From Limisphaerales bacterium (lineage in GTDB: Bacteria > Verrucomicrobiota > Verrucomicrobiia > Limisphaerales > SIBE01): 45,388 nt of DNA. The position numbers and the translations under genes were made by a program. Below the pieces are notes generated by a model. That model was not told where the DNA came from, made no database searches, and worked only from the letters and a program-made list of their open reading frames with translations. The stretch lies in the NCBI GenBank assembly GCA_044225505.1, contig JBGAIN010000049.1:1-45388 (forward strand). The letters are read 5' to 3'. How positions within the stretch are numbered: position 1 is the stretch's first letter; each line of letters opens with the position of its first letter. Positions 17,515 through 26,901 of the stretch are shown piece after piece.

Positions 17515-18372
17515 ATGTCAGCTCTTCGAATCTTCCGCATTCCAGCAAGAATGATCTGGGGTGCAGGACTGCTCGTTCTGTTCCTTCTAGCTCCGGCTTG
17601 CCAGCGTCCCTCGGAGTCCAGCGAGGGTCTGGCGCTCGCGACAACGACTTCCTACCTCGAAGCTGCGGTGCGAGATTTGCTTGGCGATCCGGTGCGCGTG
17701 GTGCGTCTGGCTGAACCAGGCACCTGTCCCGGCCATTTCGACGTCCGCCCAAGCCAGGTGCAGGAGCTTCGGAGTTGTGCCGTCGTCTTTCGGTTCGATT
17801 TCCAGAAATCGTTGGATGCCAGATTCGCGGATGCCGGGACCAATCGCCCACCGGCGGCGGAGATCGCCATTCGCGGCGGGATGTGCCGGCCGGATAGCTA
17901 CCTTTCCGTCTGCCATCAGGCGGCCGACCACCTGGTCCGATTGAAACTGCTCGCTCAGACGAACGCCGAGTCGCGTCTGCACTCCATTTCCAACCGGCTC
18001 GACGCTCTATCGCGTGTTGTCGCGAATCGGGTTCGGCAAGCCGGACTCGGCGGTGCTTCCGTAATCACGAGTGGTCATCAGCGCGATTTTTGCCAGTGGC
18101 TCGGTCTCGATGTCGTGGCCACTTTCCGTGCGGCGGACGCGGCGAGCATCCGCGAGATTCAAGAGACCATTGACGTCGGCAAGCTTGCTCAAATCAAATT
18201 TGTGATCGGCAATCTTCCCGAGGGCCATCGCACCGCCGACGCGCTCGCCGAGCGGCTCAAAACCCGCGTCGTCGTCTTCGAGAATTTCCCCGCGTTAAGG
18301 GATGGTCGAGTGTCATTCGACGAAATGCTCACCGCCAATACCGATGCTCTTTTGAAGAGTGCCACCCCATGA
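17515..18372 (+). CDS. Metal ABC transporter substrate-binding lipoprotein (ZnuA/cluster A-I like)
   Basis: Lipobox-like LLAPAC; ATTTSYLEAAVRDLLGD; PGTCPGHFDVRPSQVQEL; adjacent to ATPase and permease. Confidence 0.85.
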   Translation: MSALRIFRIPARMIWGAGLLVLFLLAPACQRPSESSEGLALATTTSYLEAAVRDLLGDPVRVVRLAEPGTCPGHFDVRPSQVQELRSCAVVFRFDFQKSLDARFADAGTNRPPAAEIAIRGGMCRPDSYLSVCHQAADHLVRLKLLAQTNAESRLHSISNRLDALSRVVANRVRQAGLGGASVITSGHQRDFCQWLGLDVVATFRAADAASIREIQETIDVGKLAQIKFVIGNLPEGHRTADALAERLKTRVVVFENFPALRDGRVSFDEMLTANTDALLKSATP

Positions 18373-19169
18373 CATCACCGGCCGTTGAGATCCGCCGCCT
18401 GGCTGTCCATCGTGGTGGCCGGTGTCTCTTGGATGTCGAACATGCCCAACTCGATCAGGGCAATGTGGTCGGGCTCATGGGGCCGAATGGGGCTGGCAAA
18501 ACCACCCTGCTCCGAGCGTGCCTCGGATTGATTGTGCCGACGGGCGGGGAGATCGTCGTCTTGGGCGAGAGTGTTCCCTTCTTGCGCCTGTCCGCCTTGG
18601 CGCGTCTTCGACGCCGGATTGGATTCGTCCCCCAAATGCCGCCTGTTCGTAGCGAGATTCCAATAACCGTTCGCGAGGTGGTGGTGATTGGACGAACGGC
18701 CCACCGGGGTTTGTTCCATCGACTGTCGGGCGACGACTGGGACCTTGCGGACCAGTGGATCGATCGCTTGGGTCTCAGTCCGCTGGCTGATCGTGCCTTT
18801 GGGCAAATCTCTGGCGGTGAACAGCGCAAGACCATCATTGCCCGGGCTATGGCACAGGAGCCAGAACTGCTCCTGTTCGATGAACCGACCGCCAACCTCG
18901 ATCTCGGCTGGCGGGAACGCATCGTCGCTCTGATCCAAAGCCTCCATGAGCAAACCAAGATCAGCGTGGTCCTGGTTTGCCACGAACTTGAGGTTCTGCC
19001 GCCTTGTTGTCGGCAGGTCGTCTTGTTGGAAGCGGGCCGTGTCACCGCGGCCGGCCCTCCGGAAACCGTTTTCACGACAGAACGAGTGCGGAGACTCTAT
19101 GGGGCGAACCTGAGGACAGTACACCAGGACGGACGCCACGCGACCCTTCCGGGAGGCGCGTATGATTGA
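18369..19169 (+). CDS. Metal ABC transporter ATP-binding protein (ZnuC/MntB-like)
   Basis: Walker A GPNGAGKT, signature ISGGEQ, Walker B LLLFDEPTANLD, H-loop VCHE. Confidence 0.95.
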   Translation: MTSPAVEIRRLAVHRGGRCLLDVEHAQLDQGNVVGLMGPNGAGKTTLLRACLGLIVPTGGEIVVLGESVPFLRLSALARLRRRIGFVPQMPPVRSEIPITVREVVVIGRTAHRGLFHRLSGDDWDLADQWIDRLGLSPLADRAFGQISGGEQRKTIIARAMAQEPELLLFDEPTANLDLGWRERIVALIQSLHEQTKISVVLVCHELEVLPPCCRQVVLLEAGRVTAAGPPETVFTTERVRRLYGANLRTVHQDGRHATLPGGAYD

Positions 19170-19992
19170 CCTGGTCTTTTGGTCGCCAGTCATGGTGGGG
19201 GGGGCGTTGGCCGGAGCTTCGAGCGGCCTGCTCGGAACGTTCATCGTTGGGATGCGCATTCCGTTCCTGGGCGTCTGCGTTGCCCACGCGGCATTAGCCG
19301 GGGCTGTTTTCGGCGGGTTGTGCGGACTGGAAGGCCAGCAACTTCTATTGCCGGGTCTCGCCGGAGCCATCCTGACAGCACTGGCCCTGGGCCTGCTGAA
19401 CCCAGGGCAAGCGCGACTTGACGACAACACCGTCCTGAGCTTTCTGTTCTCCGCCACGATGGGCCTCGCGTTTCTGGGCATTGGACTGTATGGAATCCTC
19501 GGCAAGAGCGATCACGATGTGCGCAGCTTGCTCTGGGGCAGTCTCAACTTCTGCCGCTGGAAAGACGTGCGGCTGATGCTTGGCTCGTCCTTGGCTCTGG
19601 CGGCTTTTATCGTCGTTTTCTTCAAGGAGCTGCGAGCGATCCTCTTTTCCCGTATGGAGGCTGAGGCCGTGGGCATCCGCGCGACCGCAGTCTGGACCGG
19701 CTTCCTCATTCTTACCGCTGTGAACCTGACCGTGAATTTTCAAACCGTGGGCGGGCTGATGATCTACAGCCTGATGAGCAATCCGGCAGCGGCCGCGATG
19801 CAAGTGAGCCGCGGGTGCCGTCAGGTCCTTTTGCTGTCGGCGACGTTTGGGGCAGTTAGCGGTCTGGGCGGTTTCCTGGTGGCCGCGGCGACGGATCTGC
19901 CCAGCGGCGCTGTGATCGTGCTGACCTCTTCCGCTCTGCTCATGGGCACCGTTTTGGTCCGTCGCCACCTTGATGGGGTGAAGCCATCGTGA
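19162..19992 (+). CDS. Metal ABC transporter permease (ZnuB/ABC-3 family)
   Basis: GVCVAHAALAG, SLLWGS, FFKELRAILFS..AEAVGI, QTVGGLMI, DLPSGAVIV. Confidence 0.93.
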   Translation: MIDLVFWSPVMVGGALAGASSGLLGTFIVGMRIPFLGVCVAHAALAGAVFGGLCGLEGQQLLLPGLAGAILTALALGLLNPGQARLDDNTVLSFLFSATMGLAFLGIGLYGILGKSDHDVRSLLWGSLNFCRWKDVRLMLGSSLALAAFIVVFFKELRAILFSRMEAEAVGIRATAVWTGFLILTAVNLTVNFQTVGGLMIYSLMSNPAAAAMQVSRGCRQVLLLSATFGAVSGLGGFLVAAATDLPSGAVIVLTSSALLMGTVLVRRHLDGVKPS

Positions 19993-20098
19993 AGTCGGGT
20001 CGGTTCGGCCACGGCGGTTTTCTCTGAATAAGGGGGGACACTCAGCTGATGAGCTGGCTATTTCATTCTGTCAGAGAATCTCATAGTCTTGGACCTAC

Positions 20099-20527
20099 AT
20101 GAAACAGGAACAAGCAGCCCGCTTTAGCGTCTCACTGCCACCCAAGCTCCTTCGGGACCTTGACCAGATGACGCAGGAAAAGGGCTATGACAACCGGTCC
20201 CTGGCCGTTGCAGACATGATCCGAGCGCACCTGGTCGAACACCGCCAGAACTACGGCGAAACCGAGATCGCTGGAACGATCACTCTGGTATACGACCATC
20301 ACAAGCAGAACGTGCAGTCGACGCTGACCGACATCCAACATGACCATCACGATGTCATCATCTCCTCGCTCCATGTGCACTTGGATCATCACAATTGCCT
20401 CGAGGTTCTGGCCGTCCGCGGAAAGGCGCTCGTCATCAAGAGAATTTCTGATGCGTTGATCGGTGCCAGAGGCGTCAAACATGGCAAGCTGACGATCACC
20501 ACGACCGGCAAGGAGTTGGCCGTATGA
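20099..20527 (+). CDS. nikR: Nickel-responsive transcriptional regulator NikR
   Basis: RHH RFSVSLP..GYDNRSLAVADMIR; ACT-like domain GTITLVYDHH, QHDHH, SLHVHLDHHNCLEV, GVKHGKL. Confidence 0.97.
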   Translation: MKQEQAARFSVSLPPKLLRDLDQMTQEKGYDNRSLAVADMIRAHLVEHRQNYGETEIAGTITLVYDHHKQNVQSTLTDIQHDHHDVIISSLHVHLDHHNCLEVLAVRGKALVIKRISDALIGARGVKHGKLTITTTGKELAV

Positions 20528-20767
20528 GCTGTCGACGGGTGGTCCAGCCTCAGCTGACCCTTCTCATCCCAGCCTTAAAGCTTGCGTAACACTCGCAAAG
20601 TCGAAAGCATGCCTCTGGTCTCCGAATTTGAAGCATGGCTCACCTTGCTCGCAGGGCACTTAGGCCGGGCCGTTGAAACCTGCAGGTCTGGTTTGAGCGA
20701 GTGCATCCGAATCGGCCCCGCCGGCGTAGAGAAAGAAATGACCTATGTTTGATTTCGGTGCGTGGTG

Positions 20768-21316
20768 ATGAAACTCTACCGCCAGCTGACCTGCCTTTAT
20801 CTCGCCTGTTGTCTCGGGTTGGCTGGCGCAGCGGGAATCAGTCCCTCCTTCCATCGATTGATCGAACACGGGGGGCGCGGTGCTCCACACACGCATTTCG
20901 GAGTTTCTTCTAGCGCCGTTGAATCGTCCCCATCGACCGACCCTGGGAGCGGCGCTTTCCCTTGGCATAGTTCTTCTTTTTTGCTCTCAGAAGTCCATCA
21001 ATTCAACAGGTTAGTCGTTCCAGAGGATGGGCTCGACCAACGTTCGAGTCCTCGTTCTTTACGTCCGAAGCAGGACCTTCACAATTTCTTGGAAGCCGAT
21101 CCTGCGGGAAAGCCAACTCCTTCCGACCAAGCGCCTCGCCACCATCATGACAGTTTGCCACAGAGGATCGCGAGCGGTCTTCTCGATCTGCACCTGGATT
21201 ATCCGTTGCTTTGTCATCCTAGGGGGCTTCTGGCTCGTCGGTCGTCGCCTTCCGATGTTCCCGCCGTAGTCCGAGATTGGGATATTCAAACGGCCCCGCG
21301 TGGTCCCCCCGGTTGA
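20768..21316 (+). CDS. DUF2946/CruR-like His-rich leader protein ending in RGPP
   Basis: N-terminal hydrophobic segment, SPSFHRLIEH, PHTH, RHHHD, C-terminus TAPRGPPG*; directly upstream of a TonB-dependent receptor. Confidence 0.75.
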   Translation: MKLYRQLTCLYLACCLGLAGAAGISPSFHRLIEHGGRGAPHTHFGVSSSAVESSPSTDPGSGAFPWHSSSFLLSEVHQFNRLVVPEDGLDQRSSPRSLRPKQDLHNFLEADPAGKPTPSDQAPRHHHDSLPQRIASGLLDLHLDYPLLCHPRGLLARRSSPSDVPAVVRDWDIQTAPRGPPG

Positions 21317-21523
21317 CTTCGTTCGGTTCCCTTAAGAATTTCCAAGAACTGTCAGGCCAGAGTCCAAATCGGCTTGCGTCAGCCCTAACGCCAACGCCTA
21401 AGCCTTCCTGTGCGCGTCCTATTGTATCGGGCTCAACAAACGGCCCCTCTTCGATAGCGCATGCTCCGTCGCCTGAGAGGTTCAAGTCCCAGAATTCCAA
21501 TCCAGTCAACATGAAAACCATCT

Positions 21524-23743
21524 ATGAGAAACTTCAGAAACTTAGTTTTTCGGCGGGCCAAAACGAGCGCTCGGCCGATACCATTGCCCACCCGATTCCA
21601 CGCCGCAGCCCTCGTCCTGGCCTGGGCGAGTTGCAGAATGATTCAGGCCGAAGATAGCAGCTTGACCAATCCGCCGTCCGCGGCGGCGACTGGTCTCTCC
21701 ACGAATCAATCAATCCGGTTGCCTGAAATGGTAGTGCAAGGGCGCCAGGACAGTCTTTTGAACATATCGGACTCAGCCACGCAGGGTACGGTCGGAGCCG
21801 CGCAAATCGAGGCTCGTCCATTGCTTCGCTCAGGCGAGATCCTGGAGACGGTGCCCGGCGTAATCATCACTCAGCATGCGGGTGGCGGAAAGGCTAACCA
21901 ATACTTCCTCCGCGGTTTCAACCTGGACCATGGGACAGACTTTGCGACGTTCTTGGATGGCATGCCGCTGAACCTGCCGACCCACGGACATGGACAAGGG
22001 TATTCGGACATGAACATCGTGATCCCCGAATTAGTGCAGCGAGTGAACTACGAAAAGGGTGTTTACTATCCAGAAAATGGGGACTTTTCGTCCGCCGGTT
22101 CGGCGCGGTTGGACTTTTACAAGGTGCTCCCGCAGAGTCTGGCCCTTGCGGAAGGCGGCATGTACGGGTATTTCCGCGGCGTTTTCGCCGAATCGCCCAA
22201 GGTCGGGCCAGGCAACCTTCTCTTTGGCGGTGAGTTCTCCCATTCGGATGGGCCTTGGGAACGCCCCGACGATTACCAAAAGTTCAACGGCATTGTGACC
22301 TACAGCCAGGGGGACGCAGCCAATGGCTTTAGCGTCACGGGCCGCGCCTATCATGGCAAGTGGAATTCGAGTGACCAAGTAGCGGAGAGTGCCATCGAGA
22401 GCGGCTTGGTGCCGTTTTTCGGTTCTCTGGACAACACAACGGGAGGGGACTCTCAACGCTATAGCCTCCAAGGCGAGTGGCACCGCGCCGACGAACGGTC
22501 CGCGACCAAAGTGATGGCCTATGGCTTCTACTATGATTTGGACCTGTTCTCCGACTTCACCTATTACCTGGCCGACCCTCTCCGCGGAGATCAGTTCGAA
22601 CAGACTGATAAACGGGGTGTGGTGGGCCTCGACGCCAACCATACCCTGTTCGATCAGTGGTGGGGCAAAGAAGTGGAAAATACGTTCGGTCTTCAAGTGC
22701 GGAATGACTGGATCAACAACGGGTTGTTTCAGACCCAAAACAAAGATCGGGTCGATAAAATTGATGTGACGCATAATGATTTTCCGCTATCGGCCACCAC
22801 CCGCAAAGATGACATCACCGAAACCAGCGTTGGCTTTTATTTGCAGAACAAGATCCAATGGGCGGACCGGTTCCGTAGTGTGGCGGGGGTCCGCGGCGAC
22901 ATCTACAATTTTGATGTCAGTAGTGATCGTTCGCAGAATTCGGGCTCCGAGCTTTCCGCGATTGGCAGCCCGAAACTGACCCTGGTCGCTGGGCCTTGGG
23001 CCAAAACCGAAGTCTACGTTCAAGGGGGATTAGGATTCCACAGCAACGATGGCCGTGGTGTTTCGACTCGAGTCGATCCCGTGACCGGCGTCGGCACAAA
23101 TCTCGATGGAGATGCCGTGGTGCGCGCTGACCCGCTCGTTCAAACCTACGGAGCCGAGATAGGAGTGCGGACATTGGCTGTCCCAGGATTGCAAAGCACG
23201 CTCTCTTTCTGGTGGCTGGACGTCGATTCTGAGTTGGTTTTTGCGGGAGACGCTGGCACGACCGAGGCGAGCAGGCCCAGTCGCCGATATGGCCTGGAGT
23301 TCGCCAATTACTATAACTTGACCAAACATCTGACCCTGGACGCCGATCTTTCCTTCTCGCACGCTGAGTTCAGAGATCGCGCTCCGGAGGGAGATCGCAT
23401 CCCAGGCTCTATCGAGAGCGTTGTTTCAGCCGGGATTACCTATCGCGCGGACCGTGGTTTCTTTGCCGGATTGCGCCTGCGTTACTTCGGACCGAGACCT
23501 CTGATCGAGGATAACAGTTTCCGATCCAGCGAAACCATCCTCCTGAACGCGGCGGTGGGTTACCAGTTCAACAAGACGTGGACGTTGACAGCAGAAATCC
23601 TGAATCTTCTCGATCGCCGCGATCACGACATTGATTACGCGTATGAATCGAGAGTTCAACCAGGAGACCCTTCCTTCGATCAGATTCATTTCCACCCCGT
23701 GGAACCAATTCAAGCCAGGTTTGGGATCACGGCCAGGTTCTAG
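21524..23743 (+). CDS. TonB-dependent outer-membrane receptor, probable Ni/Co specificity
   Basis: TonB box EMVVQG; plug ILETVPGVIITQHAGGGKANQYFLRGFNLDHGTDF..HGHGQGYSD; NLLD; terminal IHFHPVEP..GITARF. Confidence 0.95.
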   Translation: MRNFRNLVFRRAKTSARPIPLPTRFHAAALVLAWASCRMIQAEDSSLTNPPSAAATGLSTNQSIRLPEMVVQGRQDSLLNISDSATQGTVGAAQIEARPLLRSGEILETVPGVIITQHAGGGKANQYFLRGFNLDHGTDFATFLDGMPLNLPTHGHGQGYSDMNIVIPELVQRVNYEKGVYYPENGDFSSAGSARLDFYKVLPQSLALAEGGMYGYFRGVFAESPKVGPGNLLFGGEFSHSDGPWERPDDYQKFNGIVTYSQGDAANGFSVTGRAYHGKWNSSDQVAESAIESGLVPFFGSLDNTTGGDSQRYSLQGEWHRADERSATKVMAYGFYYDLDLFSDFTYYLADPLRGDQFEQTDKRGVVGLDANHTLFDQWWGKEVENTFGLQVRNDWINNGLFQTQNKDRVDKIDVTHNDFPLSATTRKDDITETSVGFYLQNKIQWADRFRSVAGVRGDIYNFDVSSDRSQNSGSELSAIGSPKLTLVAGPWAKTEVYVQGGLGFHSNDGRGVSTRVDPVTGVGTNLDGDAVVRADPLVQTYGAEIGVRTLAVPGLQSTLSFWWLDVDSELVFAGDAGTTEASRPSRRYGLEFANYYNLTKHLTLDADLSFSHAEFRDRAPEGDRIPGSIESVVSAGITYRADRGFFAGLRLRYFGPRPLIEDNSFRSSETILLNAAVGYQFNKTWTLTAEILNLLDRRDHDIDYAYESRVQPGDPSFDQIHFHPVEPIQARFGITARF

Positions 23744-23770
23744 ATATTCAACTCCAAAAGCGACCACTGG

Positions 23771-24538
23771 ATGGCAACATCCGAGACATCAAAGCCGATT
23801 GCTGCCGCTGCTTCCGGGGCGGCGCAATCGGCTGTCCTTTCTCTCGCCAGAATGGAGCGGCTCAAGGCAGCTGATGAATCGAACGATCTTGCGCTCTTGA
23901 CGCTCCTGCTTTGGGTGTTTTTCCTTTGTATCGGCGTCCTGGGGTTTTCGCTCCACTATGAGCGCCCGGTCGCTGGAATTCCGCCTGTGGAACAAATTGT
24001 CGCAGAACAATTGCAGGTTGACCTGGCGCCCGAACCTCTTGACCAGGCGCCTCTCAAACCCCCGACCTTCGAACCGCCGGAACTCCCTGACGAGCCTGGT
24101 CCCATCGCCGTCATGGAAGCTATTGCTGTTGCCCAGCCAAGTCCGGCTTTGGCATTTGCACTTCCGGTGGAAGGCCCCACTCGGGTTGTCGACGCAAAAC
24201 GTGCCGCCTATGTCGCACCCGCAACAACCGCCCGGATAGTCACCGCTCCGTCCGACCTGTCACCGCCCGTGCAACAGCTTACGTTTGGGCAGGGGGAAGG
24301 AAAACAGGTGGCCCCGGAATACCCTCCTGCAGCCCGACGGTTGGGACAGGAGGGAACTGTTTTGGTGCGGATTTCCGTCGGCCAAGATGGACGTGTACTG
24401 AAAGCCGAGGCCAAGGTGCCTTCTCCCTGGCCGCTCCTCAACGAAGCTTCCGTGCGGATCGTCCGTGAGCGTTGGCGATTTCATCCTGGGCCAGCGCGCC
24501 TGTATGAAGTTGCCATCCGCTTTGAAATCGTAAAATGA
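23771..24538 (+). CDS. tonB: Energy transducer TonB
   Basis: TM with SLH, Pro-rich linker, C-terminal PEYPPAARRLGQEGTVLVRISVGQDGRV..RWRF. Confidence 0.9.
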   Translation: MATSETSKPIAAAASGAAQSAVLSLARMERLKAADESNDLALLTLLLWVFFLCIGVLGFSLHYERPVAGIPPVEQIVAEQLQVDLAPEPLDQAPLKPPTFEPPELPDEPGPIAVMEAIAVAQPSPALAFALPVEGPTRVVDAKRAAYVAPATTARIVTAPSDLSPPVQQLTFGQGEGKQVAPEYPPAARRLGQEGTVLVRISVGQDGRVLKAEAKVPSPWPLLNEASVRIVRERWRFHPGPARLYEVAIRFEIVK

Positions 24539-24557
24539 CCTCTGCAATTTCTGACCT

Positions 24558-25268
24558 ATGACACCGATGCTGGCTCATCTTGCCCTGGACTTCTTCCTAA
24601 AGGGTGGACTCCTCATGTGGCCGCTGCTCGTCTGCCTCCTTGCCGCGCTGTTCGTGGTGCTTGAGCGCGCGGTGTGGTGGTGGAGCCTAAAGCGACGGTG
24701 CCGGCCGGAAGCGCTTGCCGAGACATTTAGCGCCATCAGTGAAGGGGATTTTACGCGCGCGGTCCGGCTGAGCGACAACCCCGAAGACCCGTACTTGCTC
24801 ACAATCCAGGCAGGCCTGTTGCACGCACACGCTTCGATGCTTGGGGCGATGCAGCTTCGCGCCACGGAGGAACTCGAATGTGCTGAGAAACGGCAATGGA
24901 TTCTGGGCACGTTTATAACCTTGGCGCCGCTCCTGGGGTTGATGGGAACTGTCACCGGCATCATGCATTCGTTTCACTTCGTCGGCAGCGAGGAGTTGGC
25001 GGCCGTCAAAGTCAGCGGCGGCATTGCCGAGGCGCTCATCGCTACGGCGTGTGGTCTTGGGATCGCCATCCTCTGCCTGTTACCTTTCAACCTTTTCAAT
25101 CGAAAGCTGGCGCAGTTTCGACTCCGGCTCGAGCGCACGATTAATCACACGGAATTGCTCGTGGAATCCGCCAAGCACCACGGGCACGATCTGGAGTCAT
25201 TTGCCAGGGACCGGGCATTACGAACCGACCGTGAACCAGCGGCGCTCAAAGGTGAGGCGAGCCGCTAA
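24558..25268 (+). CDS. exbB: MotA/TolQ/ExbB proton channel
   Basis: [38 protein letters not shown]. Confidence 0.93.
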   Translation: MTPMLAHLALDFFLKGGLLMWPLLVCLLAALFVVLERAVWWWSLKRRCRPEALAETFSAISEGDFTRAVRLSDNPEDPYLLTIQAGLLHAHASMLGAMQLRATEELECAEKRQWILGTFITLAPLLGLMGTVTGIMHSFHFVGSEELAAVKVSGGIAEALIATACGLGIAILCLLPFNLFNRKLAQFRLRLERTINHTELLVESAKHHGHDLESFARDRALRTDREPAALKGEASR

Positions 25269-25287
25269 GCACAAGAAAGAATTCCCT

Positions 25288-25716
25288 ATGCCTGTTAAGC
25301 TTGGCTCGAAGCTGCCCACCGAAAACGAGGCGCGCATCGAGATTATTCCGCTCATCGACATCATGTTCTTTCTCCTCGCCGCTTTCATGCTCGTCAGCTT
25401 GAGCATGGTGAACTTGAAGAGCATTAAGGTGAACTTGCCCACCGCAACAGCTGCCACCCTAGAAACCAAGCGAAACTTCGTCACGATTTCCGTGGACCGC
25501 GCCGGGGCCGCTTACTTCGACAAGCAACTCGTGGGGCCAAACGAACTGACCCAGCGCCTTTCTGCCTGGCGCAAGACCAACGAAGAAGTGCGAGTTTTCA
25601 TCAGCGGCGATGCCGACGCGCGCCATGGGGACATTATTCACGTGCTTGATTTGGTGCGCTCGACTGGCGTAGAGAGAATCGCCTTCGAAATCCGCCCCGC
25701 TACGGCGTCTCGCTAA
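25288..25716 (+). CDS. exbD: Biopolymer transporter ExbD
   Basis: IEIIPLIDIMFFLLAAFMLVS, VNLPTA, ISGDADARHGDIIHVLD; start MPVKLG at 25288. Confidence 0.93.
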   Translation: MPVKLGSKLPTENEARIEIIPLIDIMFFLLAAFMLVSLSMVNLKSIKVNLPTATAATLETKRNFVTISVDRAGAAYFDKQLVGPNELTQRLSAWRKTNEEVRVFISGDADARHGDIIHVLDLVRSTGVERIAFEIRPATASR

Positions 25717-25723
25717 ACAGGAC

Positions 25724-26227
25724 ATGAAGCGGCTCGATTACTTGAATTTGATCGGCGTGCTCGCGCTCGCCGCGCTCTGCGTCGCGCAGTGGCGTCGCGA
25801 CCGTCAATTGAACCTTGAAATCAATCAGTTAGAGAACGTTCGATTGCAACAGGAAGCTAAAATCGTTGAGCAAGAACGGTCGATGCACGGACTTGACGAA
25901 GATCTTGTGCATTTCAAAGAGCAGTTCCTCAAGGCGGAAACAGCCACGACCGAGTCCGGGCAGAAGCTCCGCGCCGCCGAGCGTGAAATCCGTCAATTGA
26001 CGCTGGAACGAGATCAGCTAAAGGGTAGCATCAACAACTGGGCCTCGGCTGTTACGGCACGAGACGAGCGGTTGACGGAAGCCAACGCGCAGATCCGTCG
26101 ACTCGCCGACGAGTTGAATGCTTCCATTCGCAAGTTCAACGAACTCGCCACGAATTACAATGCCACGGTGAAAGATCTAAATGACCTTCGTTCCCGAGTC
26201 GCGCAACCAAAGCCAGCCAGTCAATAG
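25724..26227 (+). CDS. Single-TM long coiled-coil protein
   Basis: TM NLIGVLALAALCVAQW then ~140 aa of heptad-rich sequence. Confidence 0.8.
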   Translation: MKRLDYLNLIGVLALAALCVAQWRRDRQLNLEINQLENVRLQQEAKIVEQERSMHGLDEDLVHFKEQFLKAETATTESGQKLRAAEREIRQLTLERDQLKGSINNWASAVTARDERLTEANAQIRRLADELNASIRKFNELATNYNATVKDLNDLRSRVAQPKPASQ

Positions 26228-26270
26228 AAACTCGGCAAGGCCCCTCGTTCACTATAAACATCCCTTCAAC

Positions 26271-26900
26271 ATGGACCTAGACGACAAATCTCAGCCGCGG
26301 ATCACCTCGAATGCGAAAAGCAATCGGCTGGTCTTTTATCTGTTGTTCGCTTTCTTCACGCCGTTAACTGCCATGGCCCATACCGAGAGTGGCACCGCGG
26401 GAGGTTTTCTCAGCGGATTTAACCACCCGCTGACCGGCCTGGATCACATCGTTGCCATGGTCGCCGTGGGGCTGTGGGGTGCGTTCCTTGGACCCCCGGC
26501 CATGTGGATCCTACCGGTGGTATTCCCGGTGGTGATGGCACTTGGAGGAGCCTTGGGGATTCTTGGTGTGCCCATCCCAAAAGTTGAGATCGGGATTGCC
26601 CTCTCCGGCGTCATCCTGGGCCTAATGGTGGCTTTCGCCGCTCGGCCTTCCTTAAGAATAGCCGCGGTGATTGTCGGCTTTTTCGCCATATTCCACGGCC
26701 ACGCACACGGGACAGAGCTTCCAGAATCTGCGAATGCGCTGACCTTCGCCATTGGTTTCGTCGTTTCCACCGGACTTCTTCATTTGAGCGGTATCGCCCT
26801 GGGCCTTCTGGTGCGCTGGCCTTGGGGTAAAATCGTTGTGCGCATGGGCGGCGCCGCCATCGCCATGATTGGCTTCGGCTTTCTTTTCAAGATTCTCTAA
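26271..26900 (+). CDS. HupE/UreJ family nickel transporter
   Basis: AMA|H, GFNHPLTGLDHIVAMVAVGLW, FAIFHGHAHGTE, GLLHLSG. Confidence 0.93.
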   Translation: MDLDDKSQPRITSNAKSNRLVFYLLFAFFTPLTAMAHTESGTAGGFLSGFNHPLTGLDHIVAMVAVGLWGAFLGPPAMWILPVVFPVVMALGGALGILGVPIPKVEIGIALSGVILGLMVAFAARPSLRIAAVIVGFFAIFHGHAHGTELPESANALTFAIGFVVSTGLLHLSGIALGLLVRWPWGKIVVRMGGAAIAMIGFGFLFKIL

Positions 26901-26901
26901 C

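Noticed and set aside
20586..20613. GTAACAC upstream of the RGPP leader as a fourth NikR box
   Set aside because: Only a half-site; neither flank gives a convincing partner at 14-nt spacing.
21317..21523. Cobalamin or NiCo riboswitch before the TonB receptor
   Set aside because: No B12-box or recognisable conserved riboswitch core seen by eye; an Rfam scan would settle it.
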